Notes: generated by a model from the letters alone, not told the origin. A stretch of DNA of 63,848 nt, filler included, from Choristocarpus tenellus KU-1152 (GCA_964200185.2; 13 parts of 13 records of this genome joined end to end with filler, not necessarily neighbours in it); one strand, 5' to 3'. Counted from the first letter of the whole stretch, positions 37,421 to 50,625 are shown. Translations and numbers: made by a program.

Positions 37421-37960
37421 ACGTCAAGTTTACCTTTGGATGAAATCAGATTTTATCACAAACCTTAGGTACTTTCAACAATAATATCAAATACTTATAT
37501 TAATTGAAGCCTATCTTCCCCTTAGGACTGTAGCAAAATAGTGAAAGATTAAGGGTGATGTCACCAAGTTTATATCTAATACACTCAAATGTTGAAAGTT
37601 ATCTTTATTTTTGACTGTAGTACTTTTATACTTTTGTCGTTGAAGTGTAAGATTGATAATCTAGATGTTGGGTACGTAATTTTTAGGACGTCATCACATT
37701 TGTACGTCATCACATATTGAAATATGGGTCTCCTTAACACTCAATATTAGCGATGACGAAATAAATTTAGTTTGGGGGTTCGAGCCCGTTTGATGCCAGA
37801 ATGTTTTTCAAGAGAATGTGGTTTGCATGATGATGTTGTTCGATGTGGCAACCACAACAGAGTGTCCACCCTGTGTGTCCTACCCTACCTTTGTGGTATA
37901 CCACAAAAACGCCGGACCAAGATAGGCACAATTAGCCAAGGTGTAATAGTTCACACGTCA
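37421..37960 (-). promoter_or_regulatory. Cluster of four TGACGT (bZIP/aureochrome-type) boxes upstream of LHCF
   Basis: ACGTCA on + at 37421, 37688, 37704 and 37955; the middle two form an ACGTCATCACAT direct repeat. Confidence 0.5.
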
Positions 37961-38284
37961 GGAAGTTACAGAGTAAAGATTCATGATTAAAGTATCCACT
38001 TAGCAGTTTGCAGACTTCATTTAACTCTTTGGCTGTAGAAACCTGGTGGATGATGCTAATAGAAGGCTGAAGCGGACCACCACACCCTCAGACCCTTTTT
38101 GATTGAACCTCTTTTGATAAAGCGAAAGCAAGACATCGACTGAGCTAAACATCAAGCTGACACCGAACGTGGTTATCATCTGTGNNNNNNNNNNNNNNNN
38201 NNNNNNNNNNNNNNNNNNNNNNNNNNNNTTAATTAATTAANNNNNNNNNNNNNNNNNNNNNNNNNNNNNNNNNNNNNNNNNNNN

Positions 38285-39085
38285 CCTGTTGTTGGGTCTG
38301 CTGTTGGGCCTGCTGTTGGGCCTGCTGCTGGGCCTGCTGCTGGGCCTGCTGCTGGGCCTGCTGCTGGGCCTGCTGCTGGGCCTGCTGCTGGGCCTGCTGT
38401 TCGGTTTGTTCTTGCCTTGCCTGGACAGATGACAGAGAGGGAAGCAACAAGAGACAACAAAAAAGTAGAATTTTCCCATTAAGTGAAGCGTGGGAAAACA
38501 AGGACAGAATAGAGATCACAAGCATCCATGGTACTTAACATATTAAGTTGTATCGCCCTAACGCCCTAAGAAGAATGCTGAACAGTTCTACGCCACGCTG
38601 GGTCAGGAACACCCCGACAATCGTTCTGAGGGTAGAACAGAAAGAGGTGGACACACTCACCATTTGGACTTTGGATAGCCTTCTACTAATCCTGGAATTG
38701 TAGTCATCAACACTCACAGCTGCACCAAAGATCAGCTGCTCAAATTGCTGGGCCAGACTGAAAAGTTCCTGGGAAAGCGTTAAGTGCACCAACACAAAAC
38801 TTGAGTTATGATATATAAGATGGAGCAAATTTGAGCTGAGACGAAGAAGGATTAGAAATGTTGGCATTGGGTTATCTGGAATGACTACCAGTTAGCCCGA
38901 AAGTCGCACAATTCTCAGGGGCTTGTTTCATCCGAAGGGATTATTCACGCCAGTGTCTAACCCATGCTAAACAATCTTACCTGAGGATCTTTCTTTTCAA
39001 ATTGAGCCAGGAATTGAGCAATCTGCTTAATTTTGTGCAACCTGGTGTTACCGTCCAGGTAAGTCTCATTCGAGACTGCCGCCAT
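38285..39085 (-). CDS. MED15/Gal11-like KIX domain protein with Q/A repeat; exons 39085-38981, 38768-38661, 38420-contig end
   Basis: Phase-0 joins: MAAVSNETYLDGNTRLHKIKQIAQFLAQFEKKDPQ|ELFSLAQQFEQLIFGAAVSVDDYNSRISRRLSKVQM|ARQEQTEQQA(QQQA)n; matches the KIX_2 pattern LxxxAxxFExxxFxxAxSxxDYxxxIxxxL. Confidence 0.7.
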
Positions 39086-41439
39086 CCCTCACCAGCCCAC
39101 AATGGGCCTGCATCGAGCAGATAGCAGCAGCATAGTGTATCGTGAGCACAACATAATCATCCATTGGAACACGCCAAAAGGAAGTATGCATGTGTTGAGC
39201 ATGAACTAGTAGCACATTTAGTCTGGGGAACGTCTCCGGGGGGAACAATGCACATCTGAGGCAGGGTACATTAAATGGGTGCCAAAATTATGCACTATAC
39301 TTTCCACAATTCCAGTAAGAGAAGTAAAGGACTGTGTGAGACTGAGGAAAGGACGGGTGGGTCGACTCTCCGACTCGAATCGAGCCGGGAAACACTTGTC
39401 CAAGAACAAAGCAGCCGTCAAATCAAGAGAAATTTTTATCTCTACTTGATGGACTTTTAAATTACTTTGTTGACGGTCTATAAGACAATCTGTACTGTCC
39501 CACTACGCACGAAGTCCTTTCTGGGAATGTCCAGTACCGGAGATGCAGTGAACATCTCAAGCCATCAAAGTCATTTCACAACAAGCGACAGCATACTTCT
39601 CTCACCAGCAATCTCTCGGCTTTCCAAGGCCAAAATAATCTTTCAATTCCAAAAGATCCTTTCTGCTTGTCTCGACCTCAAGTGGGTACTACGAAGGTGT
39701 TGCGTATGACCCACAAAACCACACCCCACCCCCCCTTGCTGCCACTTCGTCCGTCCGACTCTCTCCTCCTCCTCCAGAGAAAAACCGTAACACTCGTGAA
39801 CAAACGCTCCTACGCGTTCCGATGCCACCTTCCCTCTTCCTCCCCCTTCCTCTCGACCTCGTGACCACGTGGTTGATCTCTCCGTTCCCTACCTTTGTTG
39901 GGGCTAGCAGGGGTGGAAAATAGAAAACAGAAAATAAAATTATTTCGTCAAGGATAAGGGATGATGTAGTATATGGCAGATGGCGTTGGCAAATGAACAA
40001 CAAACAATATAAAACGAGAAACAACAAACAAACAGAATTAGAGTTAAGGATATTGAAATTATAAAAATGGACCATGACTACTATTCCATGGATTCTCCCG
40101 CTAAGTGACTCTTAAGTCCAGTATTACACTTTTCTTTAAAAGATTTTTGTGCTCTTTTGTACTAATTTTTATATAGATATTTCTATCTGAGGCATCATTC
40201 CTCATTGATTGATTGATTGATTTTCAACACTCAATCATGATTTATCTTGCAAACATATGACAGATGTTGTCATAGAGAAAAGTTATTAATACTATATACT
40301 AACATCTGTAGATGGAAAAGGATGGATATTTTCACTGTAGTCGTACAACGTCCTAATTTGACGGATTCAAAACCCCATCTAAACTAGACCTTTTAATACA
40401 CATAAAAATCTGGTTTCAAGTACCCAACACACCTCATGTGACCTATTATAATCTAAAGATTCTCTGAACCTCTTATCTTCTTCTGGAAGGAAGTTAGTAT
40501 CTGTTCCTCTACCAAGAGTAGTTTTAGTATTATAGTATTATTATAGGAGAGGACAAAAAACGGCTCATGGAGATGAACACTCTAAACTTCATTACCAAGA
40601 AAAAAAATGTAGTAAATGTTAGAGTTGGGGGAGGAGGTGAACCGAAAACTGGAAACTGAACCGAACAGACAAGAACTGACACAACATGAAGGGAGTCGGA
40701 AAAAATATATATATTTGATGACAAAGATATTAAGTTAAGACCTTCAACTGAAATTATAAGGAGTTCTTCCATTGTCTTGTCTACCATCATTAACCTGTAT
40801 TGCGATGATATCGGATGATGGATATCGCCACTTTCAATACCCATGATTGATCCCCTACACCCTCAGACGACCACAAAACCATGGATGGTAGACGACTTTG
40901 AACCTTAAGGGGTTACAGTTTCCAGGTTCTGATTGGTTCGTCGACTTCATGTTTGTGTTGGTGCGGATGTTTGGATTGTTGGTTGAGTGGATCGTATCAG
41001 ATAATATATAGAATGTAAAATACTTACAGGGATTTCCCCAAATATGGGAAGGTGTTCCGAGTGGTTGAGGTCCACCAAAAAATACTTATCTATCCGTCAA
41101 GAAGTCAACAAATCTCGACAACCCTTCAATTCACATATTTCTTCATTGCCAAACCCTGTCTACTACTTGTGGAAGCTTTTATTGCTGTACCTATCGAACT
41201 GGTGGATATCTCCGTATCTGTCGTCAGACATCCCAATTCAAATATTGTGGTCCTCTTTGTTTGTTGTCTTAGTGGCGAAGATAAGCATTTTGTGCTGTCT
41301 TTGTGGCCCAACATTGTGAACGTTTATGTGGGCAGGCACGTAGATGAGATGTAACGAAAGGAACAATATGTGTTGCACTGGGTTTTTTGTTCTTATTTAA
41401 CTACTAGTATTTATTAGTTTATGTACAGCCTGCAGCAGC

Positions 41440-42167
41440 CAAGTTGTGCTATGGTTTTGGAAGGATGCGGATACCACACTGTCCCACAAGATGAAGAAGG
41501 GTTGGACATATTGTAGCAACTACAGACAAAGAGGAGCATCTCATTGGTGGGGCATGCTGACAAAGTACTTCTCAAGGTTGTTCCACAACAGCTGGGAGAC
41601 GCATAGAAGGGGAAGATGTTCTCAGTATGATGAGGAACAGTGTGTGTGTGTGGTTTCCAGGCTCGACGCTCTGCAGTAAACATGGTGTACACCATCCGTA
41701 CATGCCCATCAAGAACTCGGCCAGGAAAAGCGTCTATTTTGTACTACTTCTGATTGTGTGTCCTTTCGATCTACAGAAGGCACCAAAAAATAATTTTTCT
41801 CTGTGGGCGGCGATCTCCTGTGAGCTGTGCTTACCAGGTTTGGAGTGCCTGAGAAGATGATTTTAGTCATTTACCAATTCCATGATGGAATGCGGGTATG
41901 CGCTTGCTTGGATGATAGAGAGTGTACATATTAAATCGATTTTAGGTCAGACAAGACCTCCGACAAAGGTATGTTATTGCTCTCATCCTCTTCAACACCT
42001 TCCTCGCTGTAGTGCCCACTGCACCAGTTAATTGAGGAGTTAACATCTGACCCCAACAAACTACAAGGACCTCGTTGTCATCACGAGAGTGGTTGTGAAA
42101 ACAGTCAAGAGGAGGAAATGACAGGGAGTATGGCAACGCTTATGCGACTCCTCTGGGTAAACTTTGT
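41440..42167 (+). mobile_element. Decayed RTE-type LINE reverse transcriptase fragment
   Basis: Frameshifted motifs in order: WKDA, CSNYR, SISLVGHADKVLLKVV, EEQC/GFQARRS, FDLQKA, RFGVPEKMILVIYQFHDGMR, VRQDLRQRYVIALILFN; cut by a MITE at 42168. Confidence 0.8.
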
Positions 42168-42252
42168 GGGTCAAAGTATCTGGGGGGGGAGTGTCGGCGT
42201 CCATTTTCACCCTTTTTTCTATTTTCACTTTTTTGGTGTGATTTGTTCGCAC
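42168..42252 (+). mobile_element. MITE family A variant (A'), left half; matching reverse half at about 45110-45244
   Basis: GGGTCAAAGTATCTGGGGGGGGAGTGTCGGCGTCCATTTTCACCC...; the reverse complement resembles 45177-45244. Confidence 0.75.
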
Positions 42253-42352
42253 NNNNNNNNNNNNNNNNNNNNNNNNNNNNNNNNNNNNNNNNNNNNTTAA
42301 TTAATTAANNNNNNNNNNNNNNNNNNNNNNNNNNNNNNNNNNNNNNNNNNNN

Positions 42353-42907
42353 CATTATGGGGAGGGCCGGGCGCCTGGTCCTGTACAAGTATTCAGGGTG
42401 GTACGGGGGGGGGGGGGGTAGAGGCAACTATTGATTGGGTTAACAGACATTTTTATGTTTGTTCTTGCTTTGATTCTATACTTTGAGGGATGTGTATTCA
42501 CATGTATCATCATTTTGTCCTGTTGGTGGTTGGCAGTATAGTGAGTTTTGTTTTATGTCGTGTGTTGGTGTTGGGGGGGGGGGGGGGTTATTTGTCTTTA
42601 CAGTTGGGTTTTCTGAATGTGTTGGTGTTAAGGGAGATTTTGCCATTTTTGTGTCCCAAGTTCAAGGTGAGTTGGGTGTCTTCTATATAATGTATCTATG
42701 GAAGAGGGTGCTACTTTCTAGTGTTTGGATGTTGACCCAACTTGACCCCACTCCCTTCCCTGACATAATCTCTGTGGGGTTAAACACACGCTCCAGAACA
42801 AGGCCCCAGACAACATTGGGGCCTCTGCACAAGTGGTTCAGGTAGACAACAAGTTCTCCGCCCTCAACATGGATGGAGACGATGATGAGGACGAGGTTGC
42901 TTCTTGA
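42353..42907 (+). CDS. Last exons of an unknown protein with eIF4B-like C-terminal tail (42353-42400, 42797-42907)
   Basis: ccag|AACAAG...: NKAPDNIGASAQVVQVDNKFSALNMDGDDDEDEVAS*; NK(F/Y)xALxxD plus an acidic end recalls eIF4B termini. Family assignment is weak. Confidence 0.4.
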
Positions 42908-45654
42908 GGCGGGCAACGCCTACCTGTCTATGAACAGTGTTTGGCACTGCATATCAACAAAGCCTTTCCACAACTTGACTCTTACATGAGGGATGGAGAA
43001 GGGAAAAGGGGCGCGGTGGGGGGGGGGAAGGGGGGGAGTACATGTAAACATTGAAGATTAGGCGTGTTTTGTAAACATGCTTTTCATAGTGGATTGTGTT
43101 GGTTAGACCGAGAGCATTCTTGGTAGCTTGCGGGGGGTCCCATGGTAGTACTTTCCCTTCTGGTCCCACTATGGTACTGGTCTTTTGTTGTCATGGTACT
43201 GGTCCGTGCATTGCAGGTCTTGGGTGTGTGCGTTTGCCCTATTTGCTTGCTTGTAGGTGGAAGATATGTTGTGTGTTGGCATTTTGAGCTATTAAAGCAT
43301 GCGAAGTTAGAAACACCTTCAATGTGAGCATTAAGAGGCAGAATTGACATTGTTGAACTAGGGTTAATTAAGGTTAATAGAACGCTGTATTTTGTTTTAT
43401 TGGCATAACCTCGTCCTTGACTGTTGGGTGTATACTGTCAGGACCTGGTGTGCAAAGTGGCTTGCATGCAGGGAGTGGTGGAAGCAGTCAGCAATTAGTT
43501 GTAACTTGGAAGATGGTTCAAATTGTTGCACAAGGGGGGAGAGGAAGGGGGGGGGGGGGGGGATTTGGCCCACCTTTTCCTTCTTGGTGGGGGGTTTGGG
43601 GGGTGGGGGGTACTTGTGGTGGACCAAAAAAAGGAGTGTTTCTGGTTTTGGACACGAGACAAACAAAGGGATGTTTTTTTCATTTTTTTGTGGCTAACGG
43701 TACTTAGATACTTTGTGATAGTGACCTTCTCTTTTTTTTTTTGGTTATTTGTCTTTGCAGCGCACATACTGACGGCTTAGGGTTAGGGTTGTCGGTGCTC
43801 GAGAGAGCAGGAGAGTTGCCATCCTTTTTGATGGATTGGATTGTGTCTGTCACCTCCTAACCAATCTGTCACCGGCCTGTGTAATATTGGTGTTGGTGTC
43901 GGCTCCTTCTCGAAAGATAGAGAGGTACAAGAAGCTGCCTTCAGTCTCTATCTCTGGAGTCCGTATAGTTTTGTACTCCGAGGTAGGTGTTGCATGTCAC
44001 TCCTCAGGAGGGAGAAAGCCACTGCCATGCTGGCTTAGGAAGTGGGGGAGGGGGAGAGGAACCCTGATTGCGACCATGCCATTGGATCTCTCTGGGGGAT
44101 GTGAGGGGATACTTGGTGGGGGAAGGAGCTGAGCCCCGTGAACTGCTGGAGTGGTTTGAGTTGGTATGTGTCTGCCCTGAGTTGCGTGTGTGTCTTGTTT
44201 TGTATGTGTGCTGTTGGTAGGGGACCTAGAGGGCGTTTTATGTGACCCTAGAGGTAGGAAAGGATGACAAAAGAGATGGAACTGATTGGCTAGAGTCCTT
44301 GTTTGCAAATGTGCAGGAATTGTGCAAGGCGTTGGTTGAGTGGTAGTACTAGTGCAGGAGCATCACTGAGTTGCCCGTGAAGGAGTTAGTGCCTATGGTA
44401 TGGTGTTGGATGTGTGTTAAGATTGTGTGGGAAGGCGTTGCAGATCTGTCTCAGACTATAGTGTGTATGATAGGGGTGCAGCAGTGTGTACAATGGAGTT
44501 TGTTGAGTTGGGCGCTAACTTTCTTTTGTTGTACACTGTTGAAGGAGGACTTGTGTAACAGAGTAACGGAGATGTTGAGGAGGGGAGGAGGGTTGTGGGA
44601 AAATATATGAGATGGGCAGGATTGACCCACCAGGTAGGTGCTGGCGGGGTGCATAATATAATCACTAATTGTCACTCATTTTGTCAATGAAAGTCTATCT
44701 CTGGTGATGTCCTGATAGCTTTATGGTTCGCTTGTCATTCTTGGCTGTATATATCACCATATGAGATGACGAATGGATGATGCAGGGGTTACCTTCTTCT
44801 TAGAGGGGGGGTATGTACAAGGAGTGATTGATAAAATGTAGCGTGCCAACAATGATGAATGTATGATAGGGTTAGCTGTATGATGTGATACTATGATTTT
44901 TTTATTTTGACCTACTGCGTCTTACGGATATGGGTGAAGGTGGTGCAACCAATGTGATGATATTCTTCAGGAACACTAGACGTTGTGTTTGGTATTGGAG
45001 TACAAGGCAGGAGTTTGTTTTGTTACTAATATTAGTACTCTGCCTGACCAACTAATAATATGGTGAGGAATATGGCATCCGTATACTGTATGGACTGTGC
45101 CACTCTCCTTGGGTACACCTTTTTTTTTGCTGACATTTCAAATCCGACAATTGCGACCAAATCACANNNNNNNNNNCAAAAAAGTGAAAATCGAAAAAAG
45201 GGTGAAAAACGGACGCCAACACCCCCTCCCAGATACTTTGACCCCCTGAAGGTGTACACACTCTTAAACAGTGAATTTTTGAACCCAGCTTGTACTCTTG
45301 AGACCCAGTTGGAAATTTCCTGGAAAAAGGTATTTTCTTGGCCGTTGCGTTTTTGCGAGAAGGAACTGAAACGGCATTTTTCATGAGATATTGAAATGAG
45401 GTGAGGCTTTTATCGCACTCAGCATCTTGTGGGTAATGCACGATCTGTTAGCAAGTGAGACGTATGGTAACCCCTTGATTCAAGTTGCTCAGTGACGCTG
45501 ATGATGCCTGTTGTTGACTTTCCTTTATTTGCACTTGAATATATATATATATATTTATTTATTTATGCAAGAAATTAAATCTTAATTAGAGTATATATAT
45601 GGATCATTTTTTGTTATCTGATCTCTGTCAAGAAGTCTCAAACAAATACATAAA

Positions 45655-45791
45655 TAAATCAACGCTCTCAAATCGAACTCGGCACATCATCCATACAAAC
45701 ATGGGCCTAACATCGGAAGAGACTGAAAAACTGACTAAGAATGCAAAACGGCCAAAACCAGGGTACCTCTAGTTTTAACTTTGGCTCCCTA
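45655..45791 (+). repeat. Dispersed repeat, second copy at about 57261-57390
   Basis: Shared blocks aaatcaacgctctcaa, tgaaaaa(a)ctg, aaacggccaaaacc(a/t)gggt(a/g)cctct, actttggc. Confidence 0.65.
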
Positions 45792-46114
45792 TCTATCTTG
45801 AGGAGGGTGTCATCGAGTACTTTGGGAATTATCTGCCAATGGTACACTACTACTACTTCTACTACTACTGACTGTGTGCTTCTAGTGCTCTGGAGGTCGA
45901 TTTTTCGCACCCGGATCATGTGAGTGAATGAATGTCCTCTATCTCACATGCACAAACATTGTAAAATGGGGACTTAGGTTCATTTCAAAAATGAAAAAAT
46001 CGGAGTTATTACCAAATCCGTTTACGGACACAAAAGGGTCCTAGACTCCCACCTACCCCGTCTACTTGCCTTCACAAACTTAGTCATGCAATGGTGAGTT
46101 GCGGCCTCCCTAGT

Positions 46115-46208
46115 GACCCAAAGTATCTGGGGGGGGGGGGGGGGGGGGGCCCCGGGGGGCCCTGTTTTTTTGGTTTTGGCGAGAGAGAAAAGAAAAAGGT
46201 ATATTCAT
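46115..46208 (-). mobile_element. MITE family A end at contig end (another half at 46309-46368 on the next contig)
   Basis: GACCCAAAGTATCT plus long G tract; left flank AGT. Confidence 0.75.
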
Positions 46209-49102
46209 NNNNNNNNNNNNNNNNNNNNNNNNNNNNNNNNNNNNNNNNNNNNTTAATTAATTAANNNNNNNNNNNNNNNNNNNNNNNNNNNNNNNNNNNN
46301 NNNNNNNNCGACATGAAAAAATTGGCCCCAAATGGACAGCTGCCACCCCCTCCTAGATACTTTGACCCCAATCAAAATGCTGCCTTTTTGTATTGTGTAT
46401 TATTTTTATACCCTCTTGAGTTGTTTGTTGATAATAGCAAGGCAGGTCCAGTGGTGGGAAGGGGAGGGGATCCACACACAGTCAAACCCTTATCTTGGAC
46501 TGTACTTACAGAAAATAAAATTAAAAAAAGAAAAAACTGACATTTTTCACAAGGTGGTATTAATGTCACATGAACTGTTTTCATTTTTTCTTAGGGTTAG
46601 GGTATATTGTTTTCGACTGTATGTAACGATATTTAAATTATATTAGCGAAATGACAAAAATGGCACTACACTGGGAAACGAATCCCCCTCCTTACCAACA
46701 GTGAGGATATCAAATGCTCTGCTATTATTGCAAAAATTGAATCGGGAAAGATCATAGGAGGGATTTCTTCCATCAATACACAGCATGACTATTCTGGGTA
46801 TACCATTTTTGATGTATTCTGGGTTTTACCCTTTTTACCTTTACTCGTCGCATTGCACCGTGATGTAGAGTCTAACTTATCCCCTGCTTTGTTTTACTCA
46901 GCAGAGTCCAGGGATTCATTTCCCAGCTATTATCCAGCACCCCACCCCCTGAACAAGCTGTCCACTTTGTTCAGTTCATTGGATGCAGGGGTGTAGATAG
47001 GGCACCACAATGCGGCGGACGCTCAATATTTTTGGCAAGGAATCATATATTCCCCCCAATTCAATATGGGAGCGTCAGTGTGATGTGATGTAATTGCTGT
47101 TGGTATATTGGTATATACTTTGCCCACATACCCTCGATGGGTCCCTTCCACAATCCTCTTACACCATACCGCTCACTTCACTGCTACCCCTTGTACACAA
47201 TCCCTGGTTGGAGGGAATTTCATACTTCAACCTGTGAGTTATACTACTATTATACACATATATACCACTATTGCACATGTATATACCAATTGTGATTTTC
47301 ATTATTATTGTTATTATTATTATTTGCATTGGGATGATCCCAACCTGTGGTCAGAGGCACTACACACTGTAATACTTTTGAAAATAGCTCAGCAGGTCGA
47401 GGTCACCTCTCGCTCAATATATCCTTTGTATCAATCCCCCCTGTTTTGTGTGTGTGTGTGAGTGCAGCAAGAGGCAAGCAGGGGGGGGCAGAGGGGTCAG
47501 GATGCTCAGAGGAGGGTTCACTGGGAGGGTGGTCAAGAGCGTGACAATGGTGTACAGGGGGGGGGGGTGGCCGAGGGAATGGCCTGCGTCAGGTAAGGGG
47601 TAGAGAGTTGTTGCGGTTTACTTGAGTGTAGAGTGGCCATGGTTCTTGAGATGGGCTTCAAATTCGGCTTTTCCTTGAATAGGCCTCTGTATCACTAGAA
47701 GAGCTGATCCTTGTGGGAGGGGTATTTATACACGCTCACTGTAATAGAACAATAACTGCCCCCCACAACCTGTTTGAACTGATGCTGGGCTGAGGAAGTA
47801 AGTGTCTTGGACTGGATTTGTTTTTTTCACACATATTTTTTTTTAATGTGGGTGTTGGAGTGACTCCCCCCCCCCCCCCCCCCCCCCTTGGTTTACCTGA
47901 CAAGTTTTAAAGTTTGTTTTTTTGTGGTTTTTTTGGGGGGGGGTGATTTNNNNNNNNNNGGGGGGGGGAGAATGGTGTTTTTGCTGGGTTTGTTTTTTTT
48001 TCCCCTCTTTTTTTTTAAGGTGGGGGTGGGCGTCCCCCCCCCCCCCCCCCCCCCCCCTTGTGTTACAGCTAACTGATTGAAGTGTTGTTGTTGTGTGTCC
48101 TTGAAGGGGGGGGAATCTACGCTTCACAAAAAGGGTCTTGAAGCCCTGAATCAGGCGTGGGATTTGTACTACTCTGTGTTTAGGAGGATGACCAAGCAAC
48201 TTCCAGAGGTGAGATGTGATGTGCTTATCATTTAATGCCCTCTGATTGTTGTTTGGCATGCATTGGAGCAAATTGGGAACGTGGGTTGAGATGAACTCTG
48301 CTAGATTACCTTTTTTACTATTTTTGTGGGTCAGTTTTTGTCCCAAGTTTTGTTGGTATCATGGCGATGTGATTTTTGTGTGATCTGTGGTACCAGCTTA
48401 GGACTATCTTTAATCCAAGTAATAACTTTGGACTTTGCATGGGGGTTAGGGTTAGGGTTATAGGTCGTTAGGAAGGAAATGGAGTAAGGACATGTCTCGT
48501 TGAACACGAGTTTATTTTTTGTGAGTTGTGGGTGTGTGCAAGGAACTTACAATTGTCAGGGTTCTAAATACATTTTTTTTAATATTTATTGAAATTGTTG
48601 CTTGTTATCAGATTAGGAAAAAATGTTGGATATCGTCTCACTGAATTGAACTGCTGTTTCTCTTACAATTTCTGGCACCCAATGAAGCCACCATATATAT
48701 AGTAGTAGTGGTGTACTTGTAACAAGATCATTAACTTTTTTTTGTATTGAGATTGCTTCTCATTAGGTTGGTTTGGAGGAGATTTAGGGGTGGACTGCAC
48801 AAGGTTCAACCAATCCTGTATCCTTGTGTTCATCTGTTGGCATTGATGTGACTCATTGGTATTCAGTTGGTGATTGGTATGTATATAACTCAGTGTACTT
48901 TGTCAATGGAAATGGTGTGTTATGTTGTTCACTGCACTGGGGATTTGTTAGCTGTGTATATTGCAATATTTTGCTATCTCCATCTGTTTTCACTGAGGAA
49001 ACCATTGATCTACACCCAATTTGTGTTTAAAAAGAGAAATATGTATATAAATATGTTTTTCAACCTATTCTACTGCTTGTGTGTGGAATGTGTGCTATTC
49101 AG

Positions 49103-50411
49103 ATGTCAGAACTGGAGCTGCAGGTTGTGAGCCCTCTCCTACTGTCTGCGACAGGCTTGACCCTGGCTGTTCCAGGGACTTATAGAGTCACTGGGCAGGC
49201 GGTACGTATCCACAAGTTTGTCTCGAGGGTTCAGGTAAGGAAAGGATAGAATAGGATAAGATAAGATAGGATATTATTAATAATAAAATAATTATTTTGT
49301 GTGGGTTGCGAATGTATGTGTGCTCTATGTATTTGTTCCTAGTTTATTTCCAGTGAGGTGAATGTTCTTTGCAAATTCTTGGTTTTGATTTATTTTTTTT
49401 CAATTTTTGCCATGCTCGTTCCTGCTGCCAGGTCTAGTCCTAACTTCAACTAATTCCTGGGTGATTGCCTTGCTACTACTTACATTCTGATACTGGTTTT
49501 GTGCTTAACGTAGTCTGAAAAAAGATCAGAGTACACTGTTTACTCTAAATTTACCAACTAAAAAAATATGTTTTACATAATTTTATTGTTTGTTGTCCAT
49601 GACATCACCATTTGTAAAAAGTTGAATATATCGAAAAATAAGGTCATCATTGATATTTGTCCAGGTCATTCCTTCCAAGCAGAGGCCTCGAAAGATCACC
49701 ATGAAGGGAGAGGACGGTCGAGATTACATGTTCCTCCTCAAGGGTCATGAGGACCTGAGGCAGGACGAAAGGGTCATGCAGCTCTTTGGTCAGGTGAGCC
49801 CTGACCCTAACTTCAACCCTAACCCTATCCTAACCCTAACCCTAACAAAAGATCTGTTTTTTTACATTGTTTATATAGTGTAGGATTGATAGTCACTCGC
49901 TCTCTAAGTAGGTACTGTGCCAACAGAAGGTTGATTTGGACTAGCCACTATGAAAATATTGATGTTTTTTTTTTTACATCTGAATCTCCTGCAAGAAATT
50001 GATGGTTCCTACATCATGATCCTACCCGAGACCCTTATGTATGTACACCTTTCCATGTCTTCACCCTCAACTTCGATGTATGATATCTGCAACTTTGATG
50101 TATGATATCTGCTCCACGAAGCTCGTCCAATTCTTGAGATTTTGAAGAGAGCTCTTTTCCTGGATAACATTGAGTAGTTAAGTAGGGATTGTTGATTAGT
50201 TCGTGTTGATTGTTGATGTTTCTATTGATGATTTTATTGATTGTATCAGGTGAACGCTCTCCTTTCCAAGGACCGCAGGAACCATAGTCATGACCTCACC
50301 ATACAGAGGTACGTTGTGACACCTCTCAGTCACAATGCTGGTGTGGTGGGGTGGGTGCCTAACTGTGACACTCTGCACCTCCTCATCAAGGACTTCCGTG
50401 ATGGGCGCAGG
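49103..50411 (+). CDS. TOR: Target of rapamycin kinase, internal exons (49103-49234, 49665-49793, 50250-50411)
   Basis: [18 protein letters not shown]|[10 protein letters not shown]...[20 protein letters not shown]|VNALL...[26 protein letters not shown]; all phase-0 GT-AG joins. Confidence 0.95.
49801..49846. repeat. Interstitial telomere-like (CCCTAA)n in TOR intron; shorter runs at about 43777, 46591, 48443, 52561
   Basis: accctaacttcaaccctaaccctatcctaaccctaaccctaac. Confidence 0.7.
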
Positions 50412-50625
50412 GTAAGGAGGGGGAAAATGGAGGGGGAGGGGGGGGGGGGGGGGATGAATTTTTTTTTCAAGCAGGGGGGGGTGGGGGGTGGGGGGAAGGG
50501 GGGTTTTGGGTTTTGGTTTTATTGGNNNNNNNNNNNNNNNNNNNNNNNNNNNNNNNNNNNNNNNNNNNNTTAATTAATTAANNNNNNNNNNNNNNNNNNN
50601 NNNNNNNNNNNNNNNNNNNNNNNNN

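Noticed and set aside
38045-38085. TGGTGG-ATGATG...CTGA...CCACCA as a C/D snoRNA
   Set aside because: Too short, imperfect C box, and the D box is not adjacent to the terminal stem.
39050-39066. ACTTACCTGGACGG (minus) resembling the U1 snRNA 5' end
   Set aside because: Lies in the coding exon ETYLDG of the KIX protein; no U1 stem-loops or Sm site follow.
46115-46368. MITE halves on either side of spacers (also 25024/25189 and 28864/29095) as single elements linking adjacent contigs
   Set aside because: Flanking triplets do not match as TSDs (AGT/CAA, ACT/TTT), and at 28864/29095 both halves are the same end.
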